Below are positions 7,981-19,149 of a stretch of 64,000 nucleotides of DNA, one piece after another. The notes beneath the pieces were generated by a model. That model had not been told where the DNA came from and searched no databases. It saw only the letters and a list, made by a program, of their open reading frames with translations. The translations under genes were made by a program, and so were the position numbers. The DNA is taken from NCBI GenBank assembly GCA_020438105.1, contig JAGQVE010000005.1, positions 3,473 through 67,472 of the forward strand, written 5' to 3'. The stretch comes from Bacteroidales bacterium (GTDB lineage Bacteria; Bacteroidota; Bacteroidia; Bacteroidales; JAADJA01). Numbering within the stretch: the stretch's first letter is position 1; each line of letters opens with the position of its first letter.

Positions 7981-10290
7981 TTACTTTTTCCGTCCTTTCG
8001 GTTTTTTGTCAGTTGCTTCAATAATTTCAACACAATCATTATAGGTAAGCGAAGCCGGATCTTTTCCTTTTGGAATGCGGTAATTGTTTTTGCCTTTGGA
8101 GATATAAGCTCCATAACGACCTTTTAATACCTGCACAGATTCGTCTTCATTAAAGATTTTAATTGTTTTTTCCCGGTCTTTTTGTCGTTTTGCTTCAATG
8201 AGTTCAATAGCCCTTTCTTCACTAACTGTTAGCGGATCATCTGTTTTTGTTAATGAATAAAATTTGCCCGCATGCCTCACATATGGCCCGAAGCGGCCTA
8301 TGGCAGCAACGATTTCTTCATTTTCATAAGCGCCAACATTGCGGGGCAACTTAAATAAATCGAGGGCTTCTTCCAGGGTAATGGTTTCGATGCTTTGATC
8401 TTTGATCATTCCTGCAAACCTTGGTTTTTCTTCATCCTGTGAATCACCAATCTGAACGATCGGTCCATAACGCCCGATTTTTGCAAATACGCTTTTGCCC
8501 GATTGGGGATCGGTTCCGAGCAGCCGTTCTCCGCTTTGTTTTTTCGATTTTTCAAGTGTATCTTCAACTCTGTCGTGGAAAGGTCCGTAAAATTCTTTGA
8601 TCATTTCATTCCACACTTTATTGCCATTGGCAATTTCGTCAAACTCCTTTTCAACATTTGCAGTAAAGTTGAAGTCAAGGATATTATCGAAATATTCCAC
8701 CAGGAAGTTATTTACCACGGTTCCAATATCAGTAGGGAAAAGTTTTGACTTTTCAAAACGGGTTTTTTCCATTTTCTTTTGCAAGTCGACAGCGCCATTA
8801 CTGAGCTTCAGGATGGTAATTTCCCGGTCTTCACCTTCCCGGTCTTCTTTAACCACATATTCCCGTTTCTGAATAGTTGAAATGGTAGGTGCATATGTAG
8901 AAGGTCGTCCGATTCCAAGGTCCTCCATTTTTTTAACGAGGCTTGCTTCGGTATAGCGGCTGGGAGGTTGTGAATATTTTTCGGTAGCAGTAATTTCCGA
9001 GCGAGTGAGTTTGTCTCCCTTATGAACCGGGGGAAGCATTCCTTTTTGCGCTTCCTGATCTTCATCATCGGTTGATTCGAGGTAAACCTTTAAAAATCCG
9101 TCAAACTTGATCACTTCACCCCTGGCAACAAATTGTTCTTTTCGATTCGAAATATCAATGTTTACATTTGTTTTTTCAAGCTGAGCATCGGCCATTTGTG
9201 AAGCGATGGTCCTTTTCCAAATTAACTCATACAACCTTTGTTGTGAATTGTCGCCATCAATTTCCGATTCATTGAGATAGGTCGGCCTGATCGCTTCGTG
9301 TGCCTCCTGCGCCGATTTTGATTTGGTAGTGAATTGCCGTGTGTTTACATATTCTTTACCATAGCTTTTTTCAATTTCTGTTTTTGCCATAGAAAGTGCA
9401 AGTTTCGACAGATTCACTGAATCGGTACGCATGTAGGTAATTTTCCCTGATTCGTAAAGTTGCTGTGCCACCAACATGGTTTTAGCAACGGAAAATCCAA
9501 GTTTACGACTTGCTTCCTGTTGCAAGGTTGAAGTAGTGAAAGGAGGCGCCGGTGATTTTTTTGCAGGTTTTTTTTCAACATCTGAAATTATAAACCCGGC
9601 ATCAATACAATCTGTTAAAAAATGTTTAGCCTCGTCAGATGTTTTGAATCGTTTATCCAATTCAGCTTGCAATATGATTTTTTCATTTCCCGGAAGAATA
9701 AAATTGGCAATAACCCGATATGCTGATTCTGCAACAAAATTTTTGATCTCCTCTTCCCTTTCAACAATCAATCGAACGGCAACAGACTGCACACGTCCGG
9801 CTGAAAGGGCCGGTTTTACTTTTTTCCAAAGTACGGGTGAGAGTTCATAACCCACCAGCCTGTCAAGCACCCTGCGCGCCTGTTGTGCATCCACCAAATG
9901 TTTATCCAGTTTCCTGGGATTTTCAATTGCTTCAACAATGGCGTTTTTTGTGATCTCATGGAAAACAATTCTTTTGGTTTTGTTTTCATCGAGTTTTAAC
10001 ACTTCCAGCAGATGCCATGAGATGGCCTCTCCTTCGCGGTCCTCATCAGTTGCCAGCCAAACAACTTCAGCGCCTTTAGCGGCGGATTGAAGTTCTTTGA
10101 TGGTTTTTTTCTTATCAGCCGGAATTTCATAGTTTGGCACAAAGCCTTTATCAATATCAACACTTAGATCTTTCTTTGAGAGGTCCCGTACATGGCCATA
10201 ACTTGAAAGTACTGAATACTCTTTCCCCAGGAAACGTTCAATTGTTTTGGCTTTTGCCGGAGACTCTACAATAACAAGGTTTTTACCCAT
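7981..10290 (-). CDS. topA: DNA topoisomerase I (type IA)
   Basis: TOPRIM N-terminus LVIVESPAKAKTIERFLG, DEDREGE and the active-site Tyr region ITYMRTDS; 769 aa with C-terminal repeats. Confidence 0.95.
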   Translation of the reverse strand: MGKNLVIVESPAKAKTIERFLGKEYSVLSSYGHVRDLSKKDLSVDIDKGFVPNYEIPADKKKTIKELQSAAKGAEVVWLATDEDREGEAISWHLLEVLKLDENKTKRIVFHEITKNAIVEAIENPRKLDKHLVDAQQARRVLDRLVGYELSPVLWKKVKPALSAGRVQSVAVRLIVEREEEIKNFVAESAYRVIANFILPGNEKIILQAELDKRFKTSDEAKHFLTDCIDAGFIISDVEKKPAKKSPAPPFTTSTLQQEASRKLGFSVAKTMLVAQQLYESGKITYMRTDSVNLSKLALSMAKTEIEKSYGKEYVNTRQFTTKSKSAQEAHEAIRPTYLNESEIDGDNSQQRLYELIWKRTIASQMADAQLEKTNVNIDISNRKEQFVARGEVIKFDGFLKVYLESTDDEDQEAQKGMLPPVHKGDKLTRSEITATEKYSQPPSRYTEASLVKKMEDLGIGRPSTYAPTISTIQKREYVVKEDREGEDREITILKLSNGAVDLQKKMEKTRFEKSKLFPTDIGTVVNNFLVEYFDNILDFNFTANVEKEFDEIANGNKVWNEMIKEFYGPFHDRVEDTLEKSKKQSGERLLGTDPQSGKSVFAKIGRYGPIVQIGDSQDEEKPRFAGMIKDQSIETITLEEALDLFKLPRNVGAYENEEIVAAIGRFGPYVRHAGKFYSLTKTDDPLTVSEERAIELIEAKRQKDREKTIKIFNEDESVQVLKGRYGAYISKGKNNYRIPKGKDPASLTYNDCVEIIEATDKKPKGRKK

Positions 10291-10444
10291 TTCTTAGCTT
10301 TTAGAAAATGAAAAATTGAATTCAAAAATTTGCGCAAAGTTAAAAGAATAAACAGCGTAACTTCCAAATAGTTCGGAAGATATTGCCGACTCCTTTAGTT
10401 TAACTGGCAGACATTTAGGTGATTATGGTGCTCAATATTGATTT

Positions 10445-11743
10445 TTATACCACCTTTATAAGATAATAGTGTTTTTTACCTTTCTGAATAATGATAAATT
10501 TTTCATTGATCAGGTCATTGGTGGTAATGGAATAATCATCTTTCACCTTCGATTTGTTAACAGCTACCCCATTGTCTTTTAACATTCGGCGGGCTTCGCC
10601 TTTTGACCCGAAAATATCTGTTGTTTCAGCCAGAAAGTCAATGATGCCAACTCCGGATTCAATAGCCGTTCTGGCAACTTCAGACTGAGGTAAACCCTCA
10701 AAAACCGAACGTATCATTTTTTCAGAAAGTTGTTGAAGTGCCTCTGTAGTTCCTTTGCCAAATAAAATTTCGGAAGCTTCTACAGCAGCATTAAAATCCT
10801 CTTCGGAATGAACCCGTATGGTAATATCTTTTGCAAGTGCCTTTTGTAAAATGCGATTATGAGGCCCTTCGGCATGCTCTTTTTCCAGAATTTCAATTTC
10901 TGCTTGTGAAAAAAGTGTAAAAAACCGGATCAGTTTGCCAGCATCTTCATCCGATACATTTAACCAATATTGATAAAATTTATAAGGTGAGGTTCTCTCA
11001 GGATCAAGCCATACATTGCCGCCTTCACTCTTTCCGAATTTACTGCCATCCGCTTTGGTAATAAGTGGGCAGGTGAGCGCATAAGCTTCGGCTTCACCCA
11101 TGTTGTCGTCAAAATATTTACGTCGGATCAATTCGGTACCGGTAACAATATTGCCCCACTGATCCGAGCCACCCAATTGCAGCCTGCATCCTTTGTTTTT
11201 ATAGAGCCAGTAAAAATCGTACCCCTGAACCAATTGATAGCTAAATTCGGTAAATGACATGCCGCTATCAAGCCGCTTTTTCACCGAATCCTTGGCAAGC
11301 ATATAATTAACAGTAATATGTTTTCCCACATCCCGGATAAAATCAAGGAATGAAAAATCTTTGAACCAATCGTAATTGTTTACAGCTTCAGCTTTGTTTT
11401 CGCCATTTTCAAAATCCAGAAATTTCATTAACTGTTGCTTTTGGCATTCGAGGTTGTGATTGATAGCCTCTACCGGCAACAGTTTTCGTTCTTCAGTTTT
11501 ACCGGAAGGATCACCTACCCTGCCGGTAGCTCCACCAACGAGTATGATCGGTTTATGGCCACTGCGCTGCAAGTGAACCAGCAGCATCACCGGTACCAGG
11601 TTGCCTATGTGCAATGAATCGGCTGTTGGGTCAAAGCCCACGTAGCCTGTTGTCATTTCTTTTGCAAGCTGATCCTGTGTTCCCGGGGTCATATCATGGA
11701 TCATACCCCGCCATGTCAATTCTTCTATAAAATCAATTTTCAT
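10445..11743 (-). CDS. tyrS: tyrosine--tRNA ligase
   Basis: Class I HIGH-type signature (DSLHIGNL), a KMSKS-type loop (KFGKSEG) and a C-terminal S4-like domain; 432 aa. Confidence 0.95.
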   Translation of the reverse strand: MKIDFIEELTWRGMIHDMTPGTQDQLAKEMTTGYVGFDPTADSLHIGNLVPVMLLVHLQRSGHKPIILVGGATGRVGDPSGKTEERKLLPVEAINHNLECQKQQLMKFLDFENGENKAEAVNNYDWFKDFSFLDFIRDVGKHITVNYMLAKDSVKKRLDSGMSFTEFSYQLVQGYDFYWLYKNKGCRLQLGGSDQWGNIVTGTELIRRKYFDDNMGEAEAYALTCPLITKADGSKFGKSEGGNVWLDPERTSPYKFYQYWLNVSDEDAGKLIRFFTLFSQAEIEILEKEHAEGPHNRILQKALAKDITIRVHSEEDFNAAVEASEILFGKGTTEALQQLSEKMIRSVFEGLPQSEVARTAIESGVGIIDFLAETTDIFGSKGEARRMLKDNGVAVNKSKVKDDYSITTNDLINEKFIIIQKGKKHYYLIKVV

Positions 11744-11822
11744 CAGAAAGTTTGCTAAAAATTTTGTGCAAAGATATAGGTTTATTGAGAAGATTTAAGA
11801 GGTGATCAATAAAGGAGGCGTA

Positions 11823-13601
11823 TCAGAAGGCGTAATGCTGGTCTTCTTCGTTCATCGGTTTGATGTCTTTTATGTTCAATTGAAGATTTACAACACCATT
11901 CCATTCGTTTTCTTCAATGTGATAGCAAATGTTGAAAGGTTTGTTTTGTTTGATCAGGTCGATGTGTTCGCTTTGCTGGAATGCAATGGCAGGAATCGGG
12001 TATCCGCGAATATCCTTATGAACCACCTCAAGCTTTAAGTGGTTTTTGCCAACCACCCGGCCTGATCCGGTATCAATCAAATTTTCACTTTCAAAAACCG
12101 GCGACATATTTCCCGGGCCAAACGGGGCAAATTGCTTCAGGATGCGGAAAAACTTTTTATTGATATCATTGAGGCAGATTCGTTCATCTATCTCTACTTC
12201 CGGTATTGTCATTGTTTGGGTAATATTGGCATCCACAAATTCTTCAAATCTTTTTCTGAAATGATCAAGATTTTCAGGTTTAAGTGAAAGTCCGGCTGCA
12301 TATTTATGTCCGCCAAAGTGTTCCAGTAAATCGCTGCAAGCATCCACGGCATCATAAATATCAAAATCCTTTACCGACCTGGCCGATCCGGTAATCAAGC
12401 CATTGGATTTTGTTAATACTATCGTAGGTTTATAATAGGTTTCAATGAGGCGGCTTGCCACAATTCCGATCACGCCTTTATGCCATGAGGGGTTGTAAAC
12501 AATTGTTGCACGGGCACGCTGAAATTCATTGTTATCACGGATCATCTCCGTTGCTTCCAGGGTGGTTTGAGCATCCAGGTCTTTACGCTCCGTATTGAAA
12601 TTGTTGATCATATCAGCAAATTCGTGAGCCATGGGCAGATTTTCGGCTACAAGCAGACTAACTGAGTTATTTGCACTTTCAATACGCCCTGCAGCATTGA
12701 TCCTGGGGCCCACCTGAAATACAAGATCACTTATTGTTAGATTTTTATTAAAAATATAATCAGAATCATCTACAATAGAGCTTACTTTTCTATTGATTCC
12801 GACAACATTCAGAATTGCTTCTATACCAGGTCGCGGATCTGTATTAATGATCTTAAGGCCATAGTAAGCAAGAATCCGGTTTTCGCCGGTAATTTTTACA
12901 ATATCCGAAGCAATACTTACCACCACGAGATCAAGGTACTGAACCAGGTTTTCGAAGGGCATATTGTGTTTTTGGGTATATGCCTGAATCAATTTAAAGC
13001 CAACGCCGCACCCCGATAATTCATCGTAAGGGTAAGTGCTGTCGGGCCTTTTAGGATCCAAAACAGCAACAGCTTCGGGCAATACATCACCCGGCCTGTG
13101 ATGGTCGGCTATGATATAGTCGATGCCTTTTTCTTTGGCATAGGCAATTTTTTCAACTGCCTTGATACCACAATCCAAAACAATTACAAGGGTAAAACCC
13201 TGTTCCGCAGCAAAGTCGATACTTTTATAAGAAATACCATATCCTTCCTGGTAACGATCGGGTACATAAAAATCGATGTTTGAGTAAATACTTCGTAAAA
13301 AAGTATAAACAAGGGCTACAGCGGTAGTGCCATCTACATCATAATCACCGTAAACCAGTATTTTTTCCCCTTTTTTTATTGCGGCCTCAATCCGATCAAC
13401 GGCATTGTGCATATCATTCATCAAAAAGGGATCATGGAGTTCTTCGAGTGATGGCCTGAAAAACAACCGGGCTTCGTCGAAGGTGGATACACCCCGTTGT
13501 GCCAAAAGGTTGGCAAGATTAAGATCAATGTTCAGCACCTCAGATAGATGCTTAACAATGTTCTCATCGCCCTGCTTTTTTAATACCCACCGCTTGTCCA
13601 T
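11823..13601 (-). CDS. recJ: single-stranded-DNA-specific exonuclease RecJ
   Basis: DHH-family motifs (YGDYDVDG, DCG, ADHHRPG) and DHHA1 (GGHKYAAG). The start is trimmed to MDKRWVLKK at 13601. It ends in TGA. Confidence 0.9.
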   Translation of the reverse strand: MDKRWVLKKQGDENIVKHLSEVLNIDLNLANLLAQRGVSTFDEARLFFRPSLEELHDPFLMNDMHNAVDRIEAAIKKGEKILVYGDYDVDGTTAVALVYTFLRSIYSNIDFYVPDRYQEGYGISYKSIDFAAEQGFTLVIVLDCGIKAVEKIAYAKEKGIDYIIADHHRPGDVLPEAVAVLDPKRPDSTYPYDELSGCGVGFKLIQAYTQKHNMPFENLVQYLDLVVVSIASDIVKITGENRILAYYGLKIINTDPRPGIEAILNVVGINRKVSSIVDDSDYIFNKNLTISDLVFQVGPRINAAGRIESANNSVSLLVAENLPMAHEFADMINNFNTERKDLDAQTTLEATEMIRDNNEFQRARATIVYNPSWHKGVIGIVASRLIETYYKPTIVLTKSNGLITGSARSVKDFDIYDAVDACSDLLEHFGGHKYAAGLSLKPENLDHFRKRFEEFVDANITQTMTIPEVEIDERICLNDINKKFFRILKQFAPFGPGNMSPVFESENLIDTGSGRVVGKNHLKLEVVHKDIRGYPIPAIAFQQSEHIDLIKQNKPFNICYHIEENEWNGVVNLQLNIKDIKPMNEEDQHYAF

Positions 13602-13715
13602 AAAAATGAATTGAACCGGTAAAGATAAAAAATTCCGGGTGGAAATCAGCAACTAAAATTTGAGACTATTCTTTGCTATTTGATTGGCAGGATGTTAACC
13701 CGAAATAAAAAATAA

Positions 13716-14957
13716 TTAGAAATTGGAACGCATAGCCTCAACCGGGTCTAATCGTGAAGCTCCATAAGATGGAACTATGCCTGCTATCAAACCAATTAGG
13801 ATAGAAACCGAGGTTCCGAGCACAATATTACTGAAAGTTAAAACCAATTGAAAAGGAAAGGCCTGAGATAACAAGACTAACAAATAGATAATCAGCAATC
13901 CGATAATTCCGCCAAAAAGTGAAAGGAACACTGCTTCAAATAAAAACTGGAGTAGTATGAAAAATTTCTTGGCTCCCAAACTCATTTGAATACCGATTTG
14001 GTTGGTTCGTTCTTTAACCGAAACAAACATAATATTTGCAATTCCAAATCCACCAACGAGTAATGAAAACCCGCCAACGAACCACCCAATGGCAGCAATG
14101 GCACCAAAAAAAGCATCAAATTCACGGGAAATAATATCTGTTTCGTTTATGGCAAAATCATCTTCTGCTTTTGGTTTAAGTTTTCGCACTGATCGCATAA
14201 TACCAACCATTTCATCCTTCAGCTCCTCATTGCTAACATTGGGTTTGGCTTTAACCAAAACGGTAGTTCCCACACTTTCCAAATCAATGTATCGCCGGGC
14301 AAAATTAACAGGCAATTTTACCTGATAATCCGATGAACTGCCGAACATATCCTCCCCTTCTTTTTTGGTTATGCCGATCACCAATACCTTGTTGCCAAAA
14401 ATTTTAATTTCTCTTCCAAGAGCTGGCAGGCCGCCAAATAAATTCTCAGCGACATTGGCTCCGATAATCGCCACATTTCCTCCGCTTTGTGATTCCTGCA
14501 AAGTAAAATATCGACCCTCAGCAATATCGAATGGCATTACCTGGTCAAAGTCATGCGAAACGCCCAGAATGGAAATATTATCCATACTATTGGATCCATA
14601 TTTTACAGTTCGCCGCACCTCAAACATAAATGCGCTGGCTTCAGAAGCCAGGCTCCGCCGCTGAATTTCACGCAAATCCTGGAGTTTTGGCTCAGGGCGT
14701 TTCATGTATTTCCACCAGGGGTATTCACCGCCGCCGCCACCCCAGGGCCATTTTTGGATAAATAAAACATTACTTCCCAGTTGTTGAATGCTGTTTCGGA
14801 TGGCAATCTCCATCGAATCAAAAATGGTGAGAACAGCTATTACCAGGAATATACCAATGGTAATACCAAGCAATGAAAGAAACGTTCTTACCTTGTTGGC
14901 AACGATCGCCTGCAAAGCGAAAATGAAACTTTCATTGATGAGTTTTAATATTAACAT
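13716..14957 (-). CDS. ABC transporter permease, MacB/FtsX family
   Basis: N-terminal TM helix (ANKVRTFLSLLGITIGI), a large extracytoplasmic domain and a C-terminal FtsX-type three-TM bundle; 413 aa. No adjacent ATPase gene. Confidence 0.85.
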   Translation of the reverse strand: MLILKLINESFIFALQAIVANKVRTFLSLLGITIGIFLVIAVLTIFDSMEIAIRNSIQQLGSNVLFIQKWPWGGGGGEYPWWKYMKRPEPKLQDLREIQRRSLASEASAFMFEVRRTVKYGSNSMDNISILGVSHDFDQVMPFDIAEGRYFTLQESQSGGNVAIIGANVAENLFGGLPALGREIKIFGNKVLVIGITKKEGEDMFGSSSDYQVKLPVNFARRYIDLESVGTTVLVKAKPNVSNEELKDEMVGIMRSVRKLKPKAEDDFAINETDIISREFDAFFGAIAAIGWFVGGFSLLVGGFGIANIMFVSVKERTNQIGIQMSLGAKKFFILLQFLFEAVFLSLFGGIIGLLIIYLLVLLSQAFPFQLVLTFSNIVLGTSVSILIGLIAGIVPSYGASRLDPVEAMRSNF

Positions 14958-15080
14958 TTCAAATTTCTGTTCACAATTAAAGGTGTAAAATTAAATTATT
15001 TAGCTGGCATTCTGATATAAATTTAATTGTTACTTTGCAGGCAGGTGGAAGTTCACACAATAAAACATTGACATCCCGGT

Positions 15081-16598
15081 ATGAAAAAGAAGATCAAAAG
15101 CGCGTTAATTTCGGTTTACCATAAAACCGGCCTCGATGAAATAATCAAAAAACTGGATGAGCTTGGAGTTACCTTATACTCCACAGGCGGAACTTACCAG
15201 TTTATTCAATCCCTGGGCATAAATGCAATTACGGTGGAATCTTTAACTGACTATCCATCCATTCTGGGAGGGCGGGTAAAAACGTTACACCCAAAAGTAT
15301 TCGGTGGTATACTAGGCCGGCGTGATCTGCCAGAGGATATTGAGCAGTTCAAATCCTATAACATTCCTGAAATTGATTTGGTAATCGTTGATTTGTATCC
15401 CTTTGAGGAAACTGTTTCCTCAACAAACAACGAAAAGGAAATTATTGAAAAAATTGACATAGGCGGCATTTCGCTGATCAGGGCTGCTGCTAAAAATTTC
15501 AAGGATGTGGTAATCGTTCCGTCAGTAGCTCAGTATGCTGATTTGCTGTCAGTCCTTAGTAACGGAAATGGTTATACCACGCTGGAAGAACGAAAAATGT
15601 TTGCCACAGCAGCTTTCAATGTGTCTTCACATTATGATGTAGCTATCTATAAATATTTCGTCGCTGGTGAGCCGGGAGCTTTTAAAAGTAGCATTCAACA
15701 ATCCAGCGAACTCCGTTATGGTGAAAACCCGCATCAAAAAGGATATTTTTATGGTGATCTCGAATCGATTTTTAAACAGCTTCACGGAAAAGCAATTTCA
15801 TATAATAACCTGGGAGACCTGGATGCTGCAGTTAACCTTATCAGAGAATTCGATGATCCCACAGTAGCTATTTTGAAACATAATAACGCATGTGGTTTAG
15901 CTACCCGGGATCTGTTGCTTGATGCATGGAAAGATGCCCTGGCAGGTGACCCGGTATCGGCATTTGGAGGTGTAATAGTTACTAACCGCGATGTGGATGC
16001 TGAAACTGCTGAAGAAATCAATAAACTATTTTTCGAAATTATTCTTGCTCCGGGATACGACAAAAAAGCGCTCGAAATACTTGAGTCAAAGAAAAATAGA
16101 ATAATTTTGCAGAAGCAAGCATATGATTTGCCAGGACAGCAATTCAGGTCATTATTGAATGGTGTTGTTGCACAGGATGCCGATCATAAAACCGAAACGG
16201 CTGAAGACTTGAAAGTTGTAACCACAAAGGCACCTAACGAGTATGAAGTAAGCGATTTGTTATTTGCCAATAAAATTGTGAAGCATACCAAATCAAATGC
16301 AATCGTTCTTGTAAAAAATAATCAATTGTGTGGGAGCGGTGTTGGACAAACATCCAGGGTGGATGCTTTAAAGCAGGCAATTGCAAAAGCCGGTGAATTT
16401 GGATTTGATTTGAATGGTGCAGTTATGGCGTCGGATGCATTTTTCCCCTTTGCTGATTCCGTTGAAATAGCATGCAAAGCAGGTGTAGGTGCGGTGATTC
16501 AACCAGGGGGGTCGATCAGGGATCAGGATTCAATCGATTATTGCAACGCCAACAATATGAGCATGGTGTTTACAGGAACCAGGCATTTTAAACATTAA
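15081..16598 (+). CDS. purH: bifunctional AICAR formyltransferase / IMP cyclohydrolase
   Basis: Full-length 505 aa. It has the MGS-like N-terminal domain (ALISVYHKTGL, GGRVKTLHP) and a C-terminal AICARFT domain ending in FTGTRHFKH. Confidence 0.95.
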   Translation: MKKKIKSALISVYHKTGLDEIIKKLDELGVTLYSTGGTYQFIQSLGINAITVESLTDYPSILGGRVKTLHPKVFGGILGRRDLPEDIEQFKSYNIPEIDLVIVDLYPFEETVSSTNNEKEIIEKIDIGGISLIRAAAKNFKDVVIVPSVAQYADLLSVLSNGNGYTTLEERKMFATAAFNVSSHYDVAIYKYFVAGEPGAFKSSIQQSSELRYGENPHQKGYFYGDLESIFKQLHGKAISYNNLGDLDAAVNLIREFDDPTVAILKHNNACGLATRDLLLDAWKDALAGDPVSAFGGVIVTNRDVDAETAEEINKLFFEIILAPGYDKKALEILESKKNRIILQKQAYDLPGQQFRSLLNGVVAQDADHKTETAEDLKVVTTKAPNEYEVSDLLFANKIVKHTKSNAIVLVKNNQLCGSGVGQTSRVDALKQAIAKAGEFGFDLNGAVMASDAFFPFADSVEIACKAGVGAVIQPGGSIRDQDSIDYCNANNMSMVFTGTRHFKH

Positions 16599-16658
16599 AA
16601 AAGAAAATTATTATTTCTCACAATAAATTTAAGTGAGGATACAAATAACGCACACAGT

Positions 16659-17681
16659 ATGGGTCTATTTTCATTTTTAACCAAAGAGGTTGCTATCGAT
16701 CTGGGAACTGCCAATACGATCATTATTTACAATGATAAAGTGGTTGTTGATGAACCTTCGATTGTTGCCATTGAACGAAATACCGGACGAATTATAGCAG
16801 TTGGTAAAGAGGCGATGATGATGCATGGTAAGACTCATGAAAACATAAAAACAATCAGGCCATTACGCGACGGAGTGATAGCTGATTTTCAATCGGCAGA
16901 ATATATGATCAGGGAAATGATCAAAATGATATGGCCTAAAAAACAAATTTTTGCACCATCGCTTAAAATGGTAATTTGTATTCCATCGGGGATCACTGAG
17001 GTAGAAGAGCGGGCTGTGAAAGATTCAGCGGAACAAGCTGGAGCCAAGGATGTAAAACTGATCCATGAGCCTATGGCTGCCGCAATTGGAATCGGAATAG
17101 ATGTAATGGAGCCTACAGGTAATATGATCATCGATATCGGAGGAGGTACCAGTGAAATTGCCGTAATTGCCTTGGGAGGAATTGTAAATAATAAATCAAT
17201 CAGGATTGCCGGCGATGATTTTAACTCGGACATTGAAGAATACATGCGCAAGCAGCACAATATCAATATCGGTGAACGAACTTCGGAAAGGATAAAAATT
17301 GAGGTGGGCGCTGCCATGGTTGAGATTGAAAATCCACCTGATGATTTTGCAGTTCATGGAAGGGATATGTTAACAGGTATTCCAAAGGAGATAAAAGTAA
17401 ACTACGCTGAAATTGCCCACTGCCTTGATAAATCGATTTCAAAAATAGAAGCGGCTGTGCTGAATGCACTTGAAATGACACCGCCTGAGTTATCGGCAGA
17501 TATTTTCAGAACAGGTATTTACCTCGCTGGTGGCGGATCAATGCTTAGAGGTCTTGACAAGCGTTTGCATCTAAAAACAAAACTTCCGGTTCATGTAGCT
17601 GAGGATCCGTTAAGAGCTGTAGCAAGAGGAACAGGCATTGCCCTGAAAAACTTTGATAAATTCACATTCCTGATCAAATAG
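16659..17681 (+). CDS. mreB: rod shape-determining protein MreB
   Basis: Actin-fold ATPase motifs DLGTANT and IDIGGGTSEIAV; 340 aa; followed by mreC and mreD. Confidence 0.95.
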   Translation: MGLFSFLTKEVAIDLGTANTIIIYNDKVVVDEPSIVAIERNTGRIIAVGKEAMMMHGKTHENIKTIRPLRDGVIADFQSAEYMIREMIKMIWPKKQIFAPSLKMVICIPSGITEVEERAVKDSAEQAGAKDVKLIHEPMAAAIGIGIDVMEPTGNMIIDIGGGTSEIAVIALGGIVNNKSIRIAGDDFNSDIEEYMRKQHNINIGERTSERIKIEVGAAMVEIENPPDDFAVHGRDMLTGIPKEIKVNYAEIAHCLDKSISKIEAAVLNALEMTPPELSADIFRTGIYLAGGGSMLRGLDKRLHLKTKLPVHVAEDPLRAVARGTGIALKNFDKFTFLIK

Positions 17682-17722
17682 GGTCAGGCATACTCAAAAA
17701 AAAAACTGATCGAAATTGAATA

Positions 17723-18550
17723 GTGCGGAGGTTGTTTCTATACATATTGAAACATCATTTCTTCTTCCTTTTCATATTACTGGAAGTGGTTTCTTTCGTA
17801 TTGGTTGTTCAAAATAACTACCAGCGGGCAAGCTTCATCAACACGGCAAACCGATTTACCGGATCCCTTTTTACCTCCTATAATGATATTACTTCGTATT
17901 TTCATCTTAAGGTTGAAAATGAACAACTGATGGCTGAAAATGCGCGACTCAGGGGACAGCTTGATGAATCGTTCCGAATGGCCGATACCAATATTTTTTA
18001 TAACAAAGATTCCCTTTATAGATTTATTGAAGCCACGGTTATAAGCAATTCGATCAATAATCAAAAAAACTACATGCTGATAAACAAGGGCCGGCTGGAT
18101 GGAATAGCACCTGATATGGGAGTGATCACTTCAGATGGAATTGCGGGAACCGTTATTGAAGTTTCAGATCATTATTCCAGGATAATGTCGGTTCTCCATA
18201 TTCAGCATAAAATTAATGCAAGGATAAAAAAGAACATGCACCTGGGTAGTGTTGAGTGGAATGGTAAAAATTACAGGTATGGGGTTCTGACTGACGTGCC
18301 GGTTCATGTGAACTTATCTCCCGGTGACAGCATTGTAACCAGCGGGAATTCCCTGATTTTTCCGGAGGGTATATTAATAGGAACAATCAGTTCAGATTCA
18401 GAAAGCAATATTGAGGCGCAGGGAAATTTTCAAAGTGCACCGGTAACGTTCTCCGTTGATTTTAACAAACTGTATCATGTTTATGTGATTGTTAATCTTA
18501 TGAAGGAGGAGTTGGATAGTTTAAATATTGAGGAGGGTGGGGATGAATAA
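17723..18550 (+). CDS. mreC: rod shape-determining protein MreC
   Basis: N-terminal TM helix, a coiled-coil segment (ENEQLMAENARLRGQL) and a beta-rich C-terminal domain. It lies directly after mreB and has a GTG start. Confidence 0.85.
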   Translation: MRRLFLYILKHHFFFLFILLEVVSFVLVVQNNYQRASFINTANRFTGSLFTSYNDITSYFHLKVENEQLMAENARLRGQLDESFRMADTNIFYNKDSLYRFIEATVISNSINNQKNYMLINKGRLDGIAPDMGVITSDGIAGTVIEVSDHYSRIMSVLHIQHKINARIKKNMHLGSVEWNGKNYRYGVLTDVPVHVNLSPGDSIVTSGNSLIFPEGILIGTISSDSESNIEAQGNFQSAPVTFSVDFNKLYHVYVIVNLMKEELDSLNIEEGGDE

Positions 18551-19061
18551 TTTACTCATTATAAACTTACTGCGGTTTATTATTCTTATTCCGGTTCAGG
18601 TGTTGATTCTGAATAATATAAATCTTGGAGGCCATATCAATCCTTATTTATATGTGTATTTCATTTTATTGCTTCCATTCGAAACCGCAGGTTGGTTATC
18701 GTTGATCTCTTCGTTTGGAATCGGCCTTTTGGTAGATATTTTCAGTGGAACACCCGGAATGCATGCAGCTGCCAGTACCTTCATGGCTTTTCTAAGGCCA
18801 ATGGTAATCAGAAATGTGGGATCAAGCAAGGATTACGAATCAGGTATGCGGCCATCAATTAGGGATTTGGGATTCAGGTGGTTTATAACATATTCAGTCA
18901 TTTTGATATTTTTCCACAATCTTTTTCTATTTTTAGTAGAAGTATTTCGTTTTACCAGATTTTTTGACACCCTGCAAAGAGCCTTACTGAGTACGATTTT
19001 TACCGTTATGTTGGTGGTAATTATGCAATTTATCTTTATGAAATCAACAAGCAGACGTTAA
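18543..19061 (+). CDS. mreD: rod shape-determining protein MreD
   Basis: Small polytopic membrane protein directly after mreC. The ATG at 18543 is preferred over the TTG at 18528; it overlaps the mreC stop by 8 nt. Confidence 0.7.
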   Translation: MNNLLIINLLRFIILIPVQVLILNNINLGGHINPYLYVYFILLLPFETAGWLSLISSFGIGLLVDIFSGTPGMHAAASTFMAFLRPMVIRNVGSSKDYESGMRPSIRDLGFRWFITYSVILIFFHNLFLFLVEVFRFTRFFDTLQRALLSTIFTVMLVVIMQFIFMKSTSRR

Positions 19062-19149
19062 TGTTGTTTTTATTATTGTGATTACTTATTAATGCCAAAT
19101 ATTACCACGGTTTGCAGGATATTTATTTTCAGGAATTAGAGGTTAGACT

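Noticed and set aside
7852-8127. A 91-aa plus-strand ORF between the arginase-fold gene and topA.
   Set aside because: It overlaps the 3' end of topA on the opposite strand, and its sequence is low-complexity.
10330-10400. A small hairpin (CTTCC...GGAAG) between tyrS and topA as a terminator or small RNA.
   Set aside because: The stem is only 5 bp with no adjacent U-run on the relevant strand. This is too weak to call.
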